Assembly (NCBI GenBank): GCA_951406725.2
Contig: OX597820.1
Span: 14,942,001-15,006,000 of the forward strand
Direction: 5' to 3'
DNA from: Octopus vulgaris
Taxonomy: Eukaryota
Length of the DNA: 64,000 nucleotides
The notes beneath the pieces were generated by a model. It was given only the letters and a program-made list of their open reading frames with translations, ran no database searches and was not told the DNA's origin. This document shows positions 1 to 14,074 of the stretch, piece after piece (positions within the stretch are counted from its first letter, which is position 1; every line of letters starts with the position of its first letter). A program made the translations under genes and the position numbers.

Positions 1-555
1 TAGAGGGGACAAACAAGGAGATTAGGTCGATTACATCGAGCCCAGTGCGTAACTGGTACTTACTTTATCGACCCCAAAAGGATGAAAGGCAAAATCGACC
101 TTGGCGGAATTTGAACTCAGAACGTAATGGCAGACAAAATACCTATTTCTTTATAAACCACAAGGGGCTAAACACAGAGGAGACAAACAAGGACAGACGG
201 ATTAAGTCGATTATATCGACTCCAGTGCGTAACTGGTTACTTATTTAATCGACCCCGAAAGGATGAAAGGCAAAGTCGACATCGGCGGAATTTAAACTCA
301 GAACGTAACGGTAGACGAAATACCTATTTCTTTATTACCCACAAGGGGCTAAACACAGAGGGGACAAACAAGGACAGACATAGGTATTAAGTCGATTACA
401 TCGACCCCAGTGCGTAACTGGTACTTAATTTATCGACCCCGAAAGGATGAAAGGCAAGTCGACCTCGACGGAATTTGAACTCAGAACGTAACGGCAGACG
501 AAAACCGCTACGCATTTCGCCCGGCGTGCTAACGTTTCTGCCAGCTCGCCGCCTT
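1..555 (-). mobile_element. SINE family A, head-to-tail multimer (3 units, runs off the window edge)
   Basis: tRNA-like head ggcgagctggcagaaacgttagcacgccggg...gagttcaaattcc; units of about 180-190 bp. Confidence 0.9.
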
Positions 556-918
556 CTTTTCATTTTCTGTAGTCCCTACACTATAGCGGCTCAAGCCATA
601 TTAAAACAAAAAAAAAAAATCATATTAAAACAATTGTGGGATCACATTCGGAATAACTGGAGACCAGTAGAGTAAACTTTAAATAAGACGGCAGACGGTA
701 ACGGCAAACCATTGCTGTATTCTTTCTTCTCAAGGAAAATCAATAAATTTTCACTCTTTGGCACGAAAGATCACGATCGCTTCCGACGCCAGTAAACATG
801 GTACAGGAAGCGGAAGAGATGAAGCACAAACTAAATAAATGGCCGTGTCTTTGTTCTTCTTCAATATTTGTTCATTCATTATCGATACGTTTTCTTTTAA
901 ATATTGTTATCTTTGCAG

Positions 919-1110
919 GGAATATCCTCTTTGATGATAATAATCATCTTGCTTCGCCAAAGGAATATTATTCCGTCGAGTGCATCAAGGACGCTCACTA
1001 CAACATGGAAATGAACGATGACAAACCTGATAACTTTTACCCGTTAGAGTTCGGTAGATTTCCTCTCCAACCGCATCAGCAACACCATGCTGCTTTGCTG
1101 AACAGTTCAA
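919..1110 (+). CDS. ETS factor gene, internal coding exon (earlier exons lie before the window)
   Basis: Acceptor ...ttatctttgcag|919 and donor 1110|gtaagg. 192-nt open exon, phase 1-1 (xNILFDDNNHLASPKEYY...ALLNSS), splicing in frame to 3203. No recognisable domain in this exon. Confidence 0.7.
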
Positions 1111-1337
1111 GTAAGGATCCGTTATTGCTTATTAAGCGACTTCTAGAAATGAAAGCAAACAGCTAAAGCGTTATCTATGTTCTTTGCGCTTCACTATTTC
1201 TGTACGTGTATGAGTGTATGCGAGTACGTTTGTGTGTGTGTGCATGTGCATGTGTGTTTTGTGTGTGTGTGTGTGTGTGTGTGTGTAATCATGTGTATTT
1301 TTATTGGCATTTTCCCCTTGGTAATGGTGGTGCTGGA

Positions 1338-1558
1338 AGGTGGCGAGCTGGCAGAAACGTTAGCACGCCGGGCGAAATGCGTAGCCGTATTTCGTCTGCC
1401 GTTACGTTCTGAGTTCAAATTCCGCCGAGGTCGACTTTGCCTTTCATCCTTTCGGGGGTCGATAAATTAAGTACCAGTTACGCACTGGGGTCGATGTAAT
1501 CGACTTAATCCATTTGTCTGTCCTTGTTTAGCCCCTTGTGCGTAGTAAAGAAATAGGT
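1338..1558 (+). mobile_element. SINE family A monomer
   Basis: Same head and body; tail ...tagtaaagaaataggtag. Confidence 0.9.
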
Positions 1559-1967
1559 AGTGGTGGTGCTGGTGGTGGCAGCGACGGCAGCGGTGGTGAT
1601 GGCAGTGGCGTTGGCGATCACAGTAGTGGTGGCAGTGTTGGCGGTGATAGGAGCGGAGGAGGTGGTGGTGATGGTGGCCTTGAGAACACTGAATGCGACT
1701 TGTAGTGAGTCGATGTAAGCTCAGTTCGGTGGAGACCGTTTTTGGTTCTTTGCAAAGTTATTAAGAACAGTCAAAATTGCAAAGGGGTTATTTATGATTC
1801 CTGTTAGCGCTCACACATTGATTACAATGAAGGAAGGTCGTATGTTTTGAAGTTCTGCCACGAATTCGAAGTGCAACAACGTAAGAAGGCACGACACTGT
1901 GGAATTGTCTGAGATAAAATCACTTCATAGAATCACTGTCTTAAAAATACAATACACTAATACACTA

Positions 1968-2123
1968 GGAGTGGCTGTGTGGTAAGTAACTTGCTTACCA
2001 ACCACATGGTTCCGGGTTCAGTCCCACTGCGTGGCACCTTGGGCAAGTGTCTTCTACAAGGCCGACCAAAGGCTTGTGAGTGGATTTGGTAGACCGAAAA
2101 TGAAAGAAGCCCGTCGGATATAC

Positions 2124-2181
<58 letters not shown>

Positions 2182-2400
2182 GTGTGTGTATGTGTTTGTG
2201 TGTCTGTGTTTATCCTCCCTCAACATCGCTTGACAACCGATGCTGGTATGTTTACGTTCCCGTAACTTAGCGGTTCGGCAAAAGAGACCGATAGAATAAA
2301 AACTAGGCTTACAAAGAATAAGTCCTGGGGGTCGATTTGCTCGACTAAAGGTAGTGCTCCAGCATGGCCACAGTCAAATGACTGAAACAAGTAAAAGAAT
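1968..2400 (+). mobile_element. SINE family B (tRNA head, central TA/TG microsatellite)
   Basis: ggagtggctgtgtggtaag...ggttcagtcccactgcgtggcaccttgggcaagtgtc...cagtcaaatgactgaaacaagtaaaaga. Confidence 0.9.
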
Positions 2401-2689
2401 AATGAGAAAAAGAGAGTAATCCCTCGACTATCGCAGGTGTTACGTTCCAAAACCTCCCGCGATTGGTGAAAATCCGCGAAGTAGAAACAGGAGTGTAATG
2501 CTTATTTTTTCATTGCTTGTGCTTATGAAAGAGCAATAACCCTTGAGATACGCATATATACCCATTACCGATTTTTTTTCTATCTTTGATCGCATTGTTT
2601 ACATAGACGTATTCGTACAGGACAGGCCGCAACTTTCAGTGCTGGCTCTAAATTCTATAGACTATCTCCAGAGATACACTTAAGAGATA

Positions 2690-2708
2690 AACTATTATAT
2701 AAAATCCG

Positions 2709-2773
<65 letters not shown>

Positions 2774-2905
2774 TTCTAGGATCTCGGGCATCCTCCATCC
2801 GATTGCGCTGAAATTTGATATGTAGATACCGACGGTATCAGGGCGTGTATAAGTCTTGAAAAAATTACAAAAATCGATTCCAGGTGAGAATGCAATCGAT
2901 AAACG
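2690..2905 (+). mobile_element. 5' part of a Helitron-type non-autonomous element with internal (TG)n (similar start at about 27675)
   Basis: tattatataaaa...(TG)n...ccgattgcgctgaaatttg layout like 28915; 3' end not seen. Confidence 0.45.
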
Positions 2906-3202
2906 TGTATTTGTAAAATCGCTTTTCTTGGAATAGAAAAAAATGTCTATCTTTATTTCTTCTTTTGCTGGTGTCTCAAATTTAAGTTAAATCAGTGTTT
3001 CTCAAAGGGGAGGCCTATGGGACGGTCGGACAAGTTGTTTTGAGAAAATTTGGCTTACATGTTTGACAACTCAGTACCGTCCATTGGACGGTGGTGGGGG
3101 GAGTTTTGCTCGTAAAAATATAACTATATTTTAGGAAGTGGTTTGTCCGTAACGCATATTACTCACCTTTATCTTTATAATCAAATATTACATTTCCTAC
3201 AG

Positions 3203-3427
3203 ATGTGGTAATGCCAAAACTCGAAACCCCGTTACTGGGTGAATCTATTATCCAAAACAGAATCGATGATAGCGTCCACTCGTGTCAGTTATCGACCAAC
3301 AGTGACGGTAATGTACCAATGCACAGTAACAACCAACAAAAAATGTTCCAACCGTGCCAACCGAAAAGAAAACCTGGGCGTCCGAGACTCCACCCTCTCA
3401 ATAAAGATTCGGCTGGCATCAAGAAAA
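3203..3427 (+). CDS. ETS factor gene, exon with AT-hook-like motif (KRKPGRPRL)
   Basis: Acceptor catttcctacag|3203, donor 3427|gtaagt. 225 nt, phase 1-1, in frame with both neighbouring exons. Confidence 0.85.
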
Positions 3428-4233
3428 GTAAGTTAATATCGTAATTTAGCGGTACAGCAAAGGTATAGGTGTGGTTGTGAGGTAAGAAGTTTGCTTCCCA
3501 ACCACGTGGTCCCGGGTTCAGTCCTACTGTATGGCACCTGAGGCCCGACATATATTTTGTGAGTGGATTTGGCTGACGGAACAATCCAGGAAAATACCAT
3601 TATCATCTTTGTTAAGTGGAAATGCATGAAGCTCTCAACCCTTGAGTAACCATGTATATTCTGCCGCTTATTATGTGTGTGTGTGTGTGTGTGTGTAGCC
3701 GGAAGCATGGCTCTGTGGCTAAAAGTTTGCTTCCAAACTAATGGTACCGGGTTCAGTCCCACAGGATGGCACCTCGGGTACGTTTCTTCTACTATAAACC
3801 CAGGCCGACCAAAGCCTTGTGATGCCTCTCTCTCTTTCTTTCTCTCTCTCTCTCTATCTATGTATCGATCTATCAGTCTATCTGTCAATCAACCACAAAA
3901 GGTATTGGTGCGTTTACATGCTCATAACTTAGCGGTCCGATAAATAATGTTGATAGAATAAGTACCAGACTTTAAAAAAAGTACTGGAGTTGATTATTTC
4001 AAGAAAAATTCTTCAAAGCGATGCCCCAGCATGGCCGCATTCAAACGACTTAAGCAAGTAAAATATTATACATATATATTTGTACGTAAGTACGTACACA
4101 CGAGTGTGCGTGTGTGTGCGTGCGTGCGCGTGTGTGTGTGCGTGTGAGAGTGTGCGTGTTACATTTATGTATGCACGAGAGAAGATATCTGCGATCTGAC
4201 GAGTTCTTTTGTTTTTCTTTTTCTTTTCAAAAG

Positions 4234-4426
4234 TGAAAATTCTTCCGCTTTGGGAATTTATTTACTCCATTCTACAGAACAACAACTTTAATCCTTTCAT
4301 AATACGATGGGAAGATGAAGCGAACGGCAAGTTCCGCTTTGTTCATTCAGAAAAATTTGCCAAACTTTGGGGAGAAGCCAAGAACAATGAAAATATGAAT
4401 TATGAAAAGCTGAGCCGAGCCATGAG
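4234..4426 (+). CDS. ETS DNA-binding domain, N-terminal part; ESE subfamily (ELF3/EHF/ELF5-like)
   Basis: Encodes LWEFIYSILQ...IIRWEDEANGKFRFVHSEKFAKLWGEAKNNENMNYEKLSRAMR, a textbook ETS domain. Pyrimidine tract plus aag|4234; phase-2 donor 4426|gttagt. Confidence 0.96.
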
Positions 4427-4429
4427 GTT

Positions 4430-4935
4430 AGTATGTATGTGTGTGTGTGTGAGTGTGTGTGTGTGTATGTATGTGTGTATATGTATGTACGTATGTATCT
4501 ATGTACGTATGTACGTATGCACGTATGTATGAATGTATGTATGTATGTATGTATGTACGTAAGTACGTATGTATGTATGTATGTATGTATGTATGTATGT
4601 ATGTACGTATGTATGTATATATGCATGTACGTACGTACATATGCATGCATGTATGTATGTACGTGTGTCTGTACGTACGTATGTATGTATGTACGTACGT
4701 ATGTATGTGTGTATGTACGTATGGATGTATGTACGTATGTATACATGTACTACGTATGTACGTATGCATATATGTATGCATGTACGTATGTATGTATGCA
4801 TGTACGTAAGTATGTACGTATGTATGTATGTATGTATGTACGTACGTACGTTCGTATGTATGTATGCATGCATGTACGTATGCATGCATGTACGTATGTA
4901 TGTATGTACGTATGTATTATGTATGTATGTATGCG
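4430..4935. repeat. (TATG)n-type microsatellite; similar tracts at 42520-43145 and 43650-44210
   Basis: Direct reading; source of the MYVC pseudo-ORFs. Confidence 0.95.
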
Positions 4936-4943
4936 TATATTAT

Positions 4944-5338
4944 TCTTTTACTCTTTTACTTGTTTCAGTCATTTGACTGCGGCCATGCTGGAGCACTGCC
5001 TTTAATCGAGCAACTCGACCCCGGGACTTATTCTTTTGTAAGCCCAGTACTTATTCTATCGGTCTCTTTTGATGAACCGCTAAGTAACGGGGACATAAAC
5101 ACACCAGCATCGGTTGTCAAGCGATGCTAGGGGAACAAACACAAACACACACACGCATATATATACATATATACGACGGGCTTCTTTCAGTTTCCATGTA
5201 CCAAATCCACTCACAAGGCTTTGGTCGGCCCGAGGCTATAGTAGAAAACACTTGCCCAATGTGCCACGCAGTGGGACTGAACCCAGAACCATGTGGTTGG
5301 TAAACAAGCTACTTACCACACAGGCACTCCTGCGCCTA
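4944..5338 (-). mobile_element. SINE family B
   Basis: Reverse complement of the same family; inverted relative to 5933-6365 in the same intron. Confidence 0.9.
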
Positions 5339-5932
5339 TATGTGTAAGTGTATGAATATATTCGTATGTATACATGAATGTACGCATTTATGTATGTGAG
5401 AATTCAATCATGCATATAGATACGTCTTGACACTCTTTGTCACGTTTAGTCGACGACTATAATTCTCTACGCTTTAGTATTGCACCTAGCTGTTTTTATT
5501 AATATAAACATGTGTGTGTGTGTCTGTGTATACATTTATGTATGTCTGTATGTCTGTATGTGTACATATGTGCATGCATGCTTGTGTATCTGTGTGTATA
5601 TATGCATGTACGTATGTATGTATATGTGTATATGTGTGTATGTTGTATGTATAAATATGCATGTATGTGTGTGTGTATGTATGTATCTTTCATCTTTTCC
5701 TCGATTCACTCATTGGACGGCGGTCACACTCGGACACCACTTTGAAAGGTTCAGTCGAACATATCGTTCCTACTATTCATTTTTGCGATTCTGCAACAGG
5801 GACCAATTGAATAAGTACTGGGACCGATTTCTTCGTCTAAGACTTTCGAAGGTGGTGCTACAGCATGGCCACTGATGAATGTCCGGAACAAGTAAGACGA
5901 TAAGAAATATTTACGTTTACTCTTTGTAATAC

Positions 5933-6365
5933 AGGCAGAGGAGTGGCTGTGTGGTAAGTAGCTTGCTTACCAACCACATGGTTCCGGGTTCAGTCCCACT
6001 GCGTGGCACCTTGGGCGAGTGTCTTCTACTATAGCCTCGGGCCGACCAAAGCCTTGTGAGTGGATTTGGTAGACGGAAACTGAAAGAAGCCCGTCATATA
6101 TGTGTATATGTATATATATATATATGTGTGTGCGTGTGTATATATATGTTTGTGTGTCTGTGTTTGTATCCCCTCAACATCGCTTGACAACCGATGCTAG
6201 TGTGTTTACGTCCCCGTAACTTCGCGGTTCGGCAAAAAGAGACCAATAGAATAAGTACCAGGCTTACGAAGAAGAAGTCCTGGGATCGATTTTCTCGACT
6301 AAAGGCGGTGCTCCAGCATGGCCGCAGTCAAATGACTGAAACAAATAAAAGAGTAAAGGAGTAAA
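5933..6365 (+). mobile_element. SINE family B
   Basis: Full-length copy. Confidence 0.9.
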
Positions 6366-6585
6366 ATAGTAACCGGAAAGGTGTCCTCATGTTGATTGGT
6401 GTTTTTGCTATATTTCGGCTGTTGAACGCTCCGACCTTCTTCAGGTGTCTTGTGCTGAACTCGGCTGTTGTATCGCAATTTTGAACCAAACGAAATGTAG
6501 ACAACAGAATGAGAACAATGTATCCCCGTGGATCAAATAAAGAGTTAGGTTCGAAACGTCGATACAACAACCAAGTGCAACACGG

Positions 6586-6627
6586 CGCCTGACGAAGGCT
6601 GGAGTGCATAACAGCTGAAACGTAGTG
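6586..6627 (+). ncRNA. Degenerate minimal hammerhead motif in the ETS intron
   Basis: CGC-CTGACGA-a-GGCTG(gagtgcataa)CAGCT-GAAACGTA-GTG. A diverged inverted copy (CTGAAGA...GAAAT) lies at about 6380-6450. Confidence 0.5.
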
Positions 6628-6808
6628 AAAGCAAACATCAACGTGAGGACATCAGTCCGACATATATAAACGATATACATAAATATTTGTGAATTGTATC
6701 ACACAAATACCTGTAATCTGTTTTCGAGAGATACTCTGAATCAAATATTCATGATTACAAACTTAGAAATATTTATATTTCTCTCTCTTTTTTTCTTTTT
6801 TGTTATAG

Positions 6809-6944
6809 ACATTATTATGGCAAGGACATTATAGAACGCGTTGAAGGACGCCGGTTGGTTTATCGCTTCTTGAACTCGGCAATGGACCGATTGCGGAAGA
6901 AAACTAACCCGGAGATTCCACTTAGTGAAATGCAGCGAAACTGA
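6809..6944 (+). CDS. ETS domain C-terminal part, terminal coding exon
   Basis: Acceptor ttttttgttatag|6809 completes R, then HYYGKDIIERVEGRRLVYRFLNSAMDRLRKKTNPEIPLSEMQRN* (TGA 6942-6944). Resembles the ESE-type YYYKREILERVDGRRLVYKF. AATAAA at about 6964 and 7157. Missed by the ORF track. Confidence 0.95.
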
Positions 6945-7023
6945 AGTACAGGATCCTTGAGTAAATAAATAGCTTCCAAAATCTGAATTTGTTATAGATA
7001 GATAGATAGAGATATATAGATAG

Positions 7024-7062
<39 letters not shown>

Positions 7063-7083
7063 TAGATAGACAGATAGATAGAC

Positions 7084-7126
<43 letters not shown>

Positions 7127-7296
7127 GAAAGATAGATATATATATATAATAGTAGGAATAAAACGTATTTAATAGCAAAAATGATTATCGTTCATGCGTA
7201 TGTGTGTGTATGTGTGTCTGTCTGTCTGACTGTGTGTGTATGTATACATACACGTGTATTTATATGTATGCGTACAAATGCATACATGTGTGTGTG

Positions 7297-7358
<62 letters not shown>

Positions 7359-7983
7359 ATATATATACATACACATGTATGTATTTGTACGCATACATAT
7401 AAATACACATGTGTATGTATGATGAGATGGCTATTTCTGTCTTTCTTCTCCTGGCCTCCGTCAAGTAGAGACGGTAATCTGTTGCTCTCTGCCGTCCTCA
7501 AACAATAGCGTTCGTAAAAAATTTTTTTATCTCGTTTGGCTTAACAGCCCTTCTTGTTTGTGTTACTGTTATTCTCTGTTCTGTCTTTTACTGTTTATAT
7601 TTTGTACTGTTGTTACTGTCCTGTTTTTGTTACCATTTTTACCACTCCGCCAAAAAATCTCAAATTTTATTTAATTTGATTTTCGCGGGAAGGAAAATTT
7701 CATTGAAGTCATGTCTCGCCTTGACCTTCGAAACGTGGAGTAGATGAAATTAAGGCGACTGAAGAAGGGGAGTTTTCCTTGTTTTGCATGTCCTGTACTC
7801 TATTTTTTCGTTGTTTAAAAATATGTCCATTTCCTTGGTTTTGTGTTTATGTTTTCGTTTCTCATTGTGTTCGACGTTTTTTTTTGGTGTCCTGTACCCA
7901 TATATGCTTGTATATATACATGTAGGGGTAGGTACGTACATATATGTATGTATATATGCATATGTTTTATTTATTTATTAATT

Positions 7984-8042
<59 letters not shown>

Positions 8043-8629
8043 GATAAAATAATATGAACTTCATTTTACTTTTTTTTTTCAAATTTTATTTTTAAGCGAA
8101 ATAGTAGAAATATAGAAGGCTTATATATATACGCACATATATATAAGATATACAAGGGGATGATGAAATGCACGTGGATCACATGTAATATGTTGTAATA
8201 TTGGAAGAATTTTTATATTTTTTATTCATAGTTATATTCATGAAAAGAATATCTACCATGTGTTGTCGAAACGCACGTAACTAAGGAATGAATCCAATAT
8301 CAAAAATTCCATCATTGAAAGCCACACACACACACACATACATACGTATGTATGTATGTGTATGTATATATATATGTATATATATGTGTATATATATATA
8401 TATATGTGTATATATGTGTATATATATGTGTATATATATATATGTATATATATATGCAGAGAGAAAGAGCAAGGAGAGAAGGAAAGGAAAAGAATGAGAC
8501 TCTTGTAATTTGTCGACAACTACAAACTGTATTAGTTTATGTCTTTGGTGGATGACGTTTTCATTCACGTGATCAGCTCAGTGTTGAGCACTCCAGATCT
8601 CTTGTTTGTATTTTCCGTTTTTAACGTTG

Positions 8630-8637
8630 TTAGATGC
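8630..8637 (-). CDS. Candidate terminal coding mini-exon of the SRCR gene (...CFN-R-I-stop)
   Basis: The last SRCR exon ends in a gtaagt donor, so another exon must follow. A plausible minus-strand acceptor is ttatttcttatag|gcatctaa; minus-strand AATAAA near 8221-8226. Not proven. Confidence 0.3.
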
Positions 8638-8793
8638 CTATAAGAAATAATATAAATTGTTATGAATACGTACAGTTGTTGTGACAGTATTTGAAAAATA
8701 GAAGAGAAACAATGAATTAAATTTTGGAGATGTACTCGCATAGCAAGTGATTTGATCTGAGATCGTGTGCTGAAACGAAAACAATTGCTGCGT

Positions 8794-9089
8794 GGAAGGT
8801 GTTTGTAAGCCATTTAAGAAACACACAAAAGCTGTTCGATTCACTTCAACATTTAAGTTTAATTTGTCAAAATATTTTCGTCGCTTTAAGACCGCGAACT
8901 GTTCCGTATGCGACCTGTTCCGTATGCGACCTGTTCCGTATGCGACCTGTTCCGTATGCAGCACGGATTTTTGTCAGTGAATAGGTCACGGTCTTAAAGC
9001 GACGAAAATATTTTGACAAATTAAACTTAAATGTTGAAGTGAATCGAACGGCTTTTGTGTGCTTCTTAAATGGCTTATAAACACCTTCC
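8794..9089. repeat. Inverted repeat (about 105-bp arms) enclosing about 4 copies of a 16-bp unit CGACCTGTTCCGTATG
   Basis: ggaaggtgttt...taagaccgcga mirrored by tcacggtctta...aaacaccttcc with few mismatches. Confidence 0.9.
8970..9020 (+). ncRNA. Hammerhead-like three-way junction with variant core (G3 with U8/C8)
   Basis: TTTGTCA-GTGAATA-g-GTCAC(ggtcttaaa)GCGAC-GAAA-ATAT-TT-TGACAAA. 7-bp stem I and palindromic AAAATATTTT. Sister repeats read GAACAG-GTCGC, which restores C8 and a perfect stem II. Confidence 0.5.
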
Positions 9090-9706
9090 TCAATGAATTA
9101 AATGTGAAACTTATTCTCGGGACTGGAAGAAAATACTGAAGTTTGGGTTGTGTTGACGCCATTTTTTTGCTTATATATTTATATGCTTGCATGGAAGAAT
9201 GTACACCTGTATATGTACACTTTTAAATGTGAATATGGATTTATACAGGTATGTATCAACATGTAAATACGTCTATACATGTAACCTACATACATACACA
9301 CATACATACATGCGCGCACACACATATGCTTGTATATATGTCTGTACAAATGTATGCATGTATATACGAATGCGTGCATGCATGCATATATGCATGGATG
9401 TATGTAAGTATGTATGCCTGCATGTGGGTATATAAGCATGTATGTATGTAGCCATATAACACATACATATTAAACTTGAGTTATCAAAAATTTGGATAAA
9501 TAGTGAAACATAGAAATGAATATATTACGTTAATATAAGGGATCCAAAGCTGAATTTACGCCATAATTTCTGTGTAAATGTCACCGATATAGCTGATAAA
9601 AAAGGCTGAGGAATGTGAGATAACTAAAGAAAATAGTGTCTAAATGTTTGTGGAAAACGGTAAAATATGCACGGAAAGTTATGTTGATGAGTAAAATTTT
9701 ACTTAC

Positions 9707-9876
9707 GATTAAAACATTCAACTCCAGCATCTTCACTGTGTGTACAATCTGACGAACCCCAGGCATTGTGTGTGCAGTCATCCAAACTGTTTTCATTTCC
9801 TGTACATTTAACGTCATCTAACCACATTTTCCCCGTACCGTCCGGTGTGCGCTTCCCTAGCAAGCCTTTACCAGTC
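9707..9876 (-). CDS. SRCR protein, domain 4 second half
   Basis: [56 protein letters not shown]. tttacag acceptor, gtaagt donor, 170 nt, phase 2 to 1. Confidence 0.95.
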
Positions 9877-10057
9877 CTGTAAAGCACGAAACATAGAACG
9901 ATGAGAAGATATCGATGGGACAAACACCCACTTCACTCATTAAGGCATCACTGTCTTTGCTGTTATTTCAAAAGAAGAAAGATATAGCCTCTTCAAACTG
10001 AAGGACTTTACGGCCAATATGACATGGAAATCTGTTTATATTTCGCTCTCTATCTCT

Positions 10058-12113
<2,056 letters not shown>

Positions 12114-12120
12114 TTGTGAA

Positions 12121-12144
12121 CCCTAACCCTAACCCTAACCCTAA
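12121..12144. repeat. Interstitial telomere-type repeat (CCCTAA)4
   Basis: ccctaaccctaaccctaaccctaa between the long (TA)n and the Dong-like fragment. Confidence 0.9.
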
Positions 12145-13048
12145 GATCAGTGACTACTCAAACAACGAAGAGCGATTAATAATAGACAGAATTATGTGCA
12201 ACTTTAAGAGACTAAATCAAGAGACGAATAAAGTCAATATTGTTCTGAGACACATTGAAACAAAGAACATCACACGAACAAATAATCTTATCAAAGCTGC
12301 TAGTAGGATTGTGGCGCCGGAACAAAAGGACTATAGAAGGAGATGCAGAGGTACCAAAGACCAACTATTGATAGACAAAATGGTAATGCAAGATTGTAAA
12401 CGAAGGAGAACAAACCTGGGAAGGGCCTGGATTGACTATCGCAAAGCTTATAATATGATTCCACATTCTTCGAATGCTTAGATTTGTTTGGAATTGCGAG
12501 GAATGAAACGCGTTTCCTGAAGAGAAGTATGGTGGGATGGAAAACTGAACTGACATCTTACGGGTATCAGAAGCGGGATTTCCCAGGGTGACAGCCTATC
12601 TCCATTGCTTTTTGTTCTCTGCATAATACCTCTGACCTTGGTGCTCAGGAAAATTATCCTGGGGTACCAACTAAAGGGAAAATCCCAAACAATCAACCAC
12701 CTCCTCTTCGTGGATGATTTGAAACTATGGCAAAGATGAGATAAAGGTGAGTTCCTTGGTGAACACGGTCCATCATTTTAGTACTGATATTAAAATGGAA
12801 TTTGGACTCAAGAAGTGCAGAGTAATCTACTTAAAAAGAGGCAAGGTACAGTCCCTAGCAGGGACAGAATTACCGAATAGAGACTTGATTAAGCTAATTG
12901 AAACGGAAGGATACAAATACCTTGGTGTACAAATACCTTGGTTCAACGACATAATGGTAAAGGAAATGAAAGAGGAACTGAGGATGAAGTATTTCCGAAG
13001 AAATACTGAGGATGGAGTATTACCCAGAAAAATAAGCTATGAGTTTTC

Positions 13049-13112
<64 letters not shown>

Positions 13113-13172
13113 GTGCAAAAAATCGTGTTAACTGGAACGACTCATGTACTGAGAAGAGCATTATCGCTGTGA
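12145..13172 (+). mobile_element. Deleted R4/Dong-like LINE (RT fragments)
   Basis: [10 protein letters not shown]...[36 protein letters not shown] and terminal QKIVLTGTTHVLRRALS, associated with (TAA)n. Confidence 0.85.
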
Positions 13173-13345
13173 AAACAACATCCATTCATGAATTTATTTA
13201 TTTATTAATTTTTTTAAATACATATTTTACCTGTGAATCTGCGTGTGTAATCTGGGAATGCATACAATGAGCTTCTCTGCCCGAGGTGTACGGAAAACAC
13301 CCGGCGAGAAATGGAAGAAAATTTGAAGAAAGAAGGAATAATAAC

Positions 13346-13391
<46 letters not shown>

Positions 13392-13487
13392 GTAATAATA
13401 GTAATAATTATTATTATAATCACGCATATAAAATAGTGATCTAGATTCGATCGCAATCAATTTTTCATAGCAAATAACATCATACTA

Positions 13488-13655
<168 letters not shown>

Positions 13656-13684
13656 TTAAACGTGTTCTGTGTGTGTGTGCTTGT

Positions 13685-13746
<62 letters not shown>

Positions 13747-14074
13747 ATAGCTATGCGTATCTCTTTTACTCTTTCACTTGTTTCAGTCATTTGACTGTGG
13801 CCATGCTAGAGCACCGCCTTTAAATCTTTTATCTTTTACTAGTTTTAATCATTGGACTGCGGCCAAACTGGGGCACTACCTTGAAGGGCTTTAGTCGAAC
13901 AAACGGCCCCCAGCACTTGTTTTTAAGTTTGATACTTATTTTATTGCAGAACCGCAAAGTTGCGGGGAAATAAACAAACCGACACCGGGTTTCAAACTAA
14001 TACACACACACACATACACACACACATGCACTTTTCCCTCTCTCTCTATCATACACACACGCGCGCACACAACT

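Noticed and set aside
798-918. 5' part of ORF 798-1166 as the ETS start
   Set aside because: It reads through a pyrimidine-rich acceptor region; the exon more plausibly begins at 919, with the true start upstream of the window.
2365-2400. SINE B tail cagtcaaatgactGAAACaaGTAaaag resembling the 3' half of a hammerhead
   Set aside because: No CTGANGA core or stem I upstream in the copies examined; more likely an ordinary tail stem-loop.
7690-7900. CTGAAGAagggg motif in a repeat also present at about 30075-30290
   Set aside because: No GAAA/UH correctly placed after the hairpin; a real repeat family but not a supportable ribozyme.
8898-8960. Short regular repeats here and at 21868-21936 as possible CRISPR-like arrays
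   Set aside because: 16-bp tandem units without unique spacers, in a eukaryotic context.
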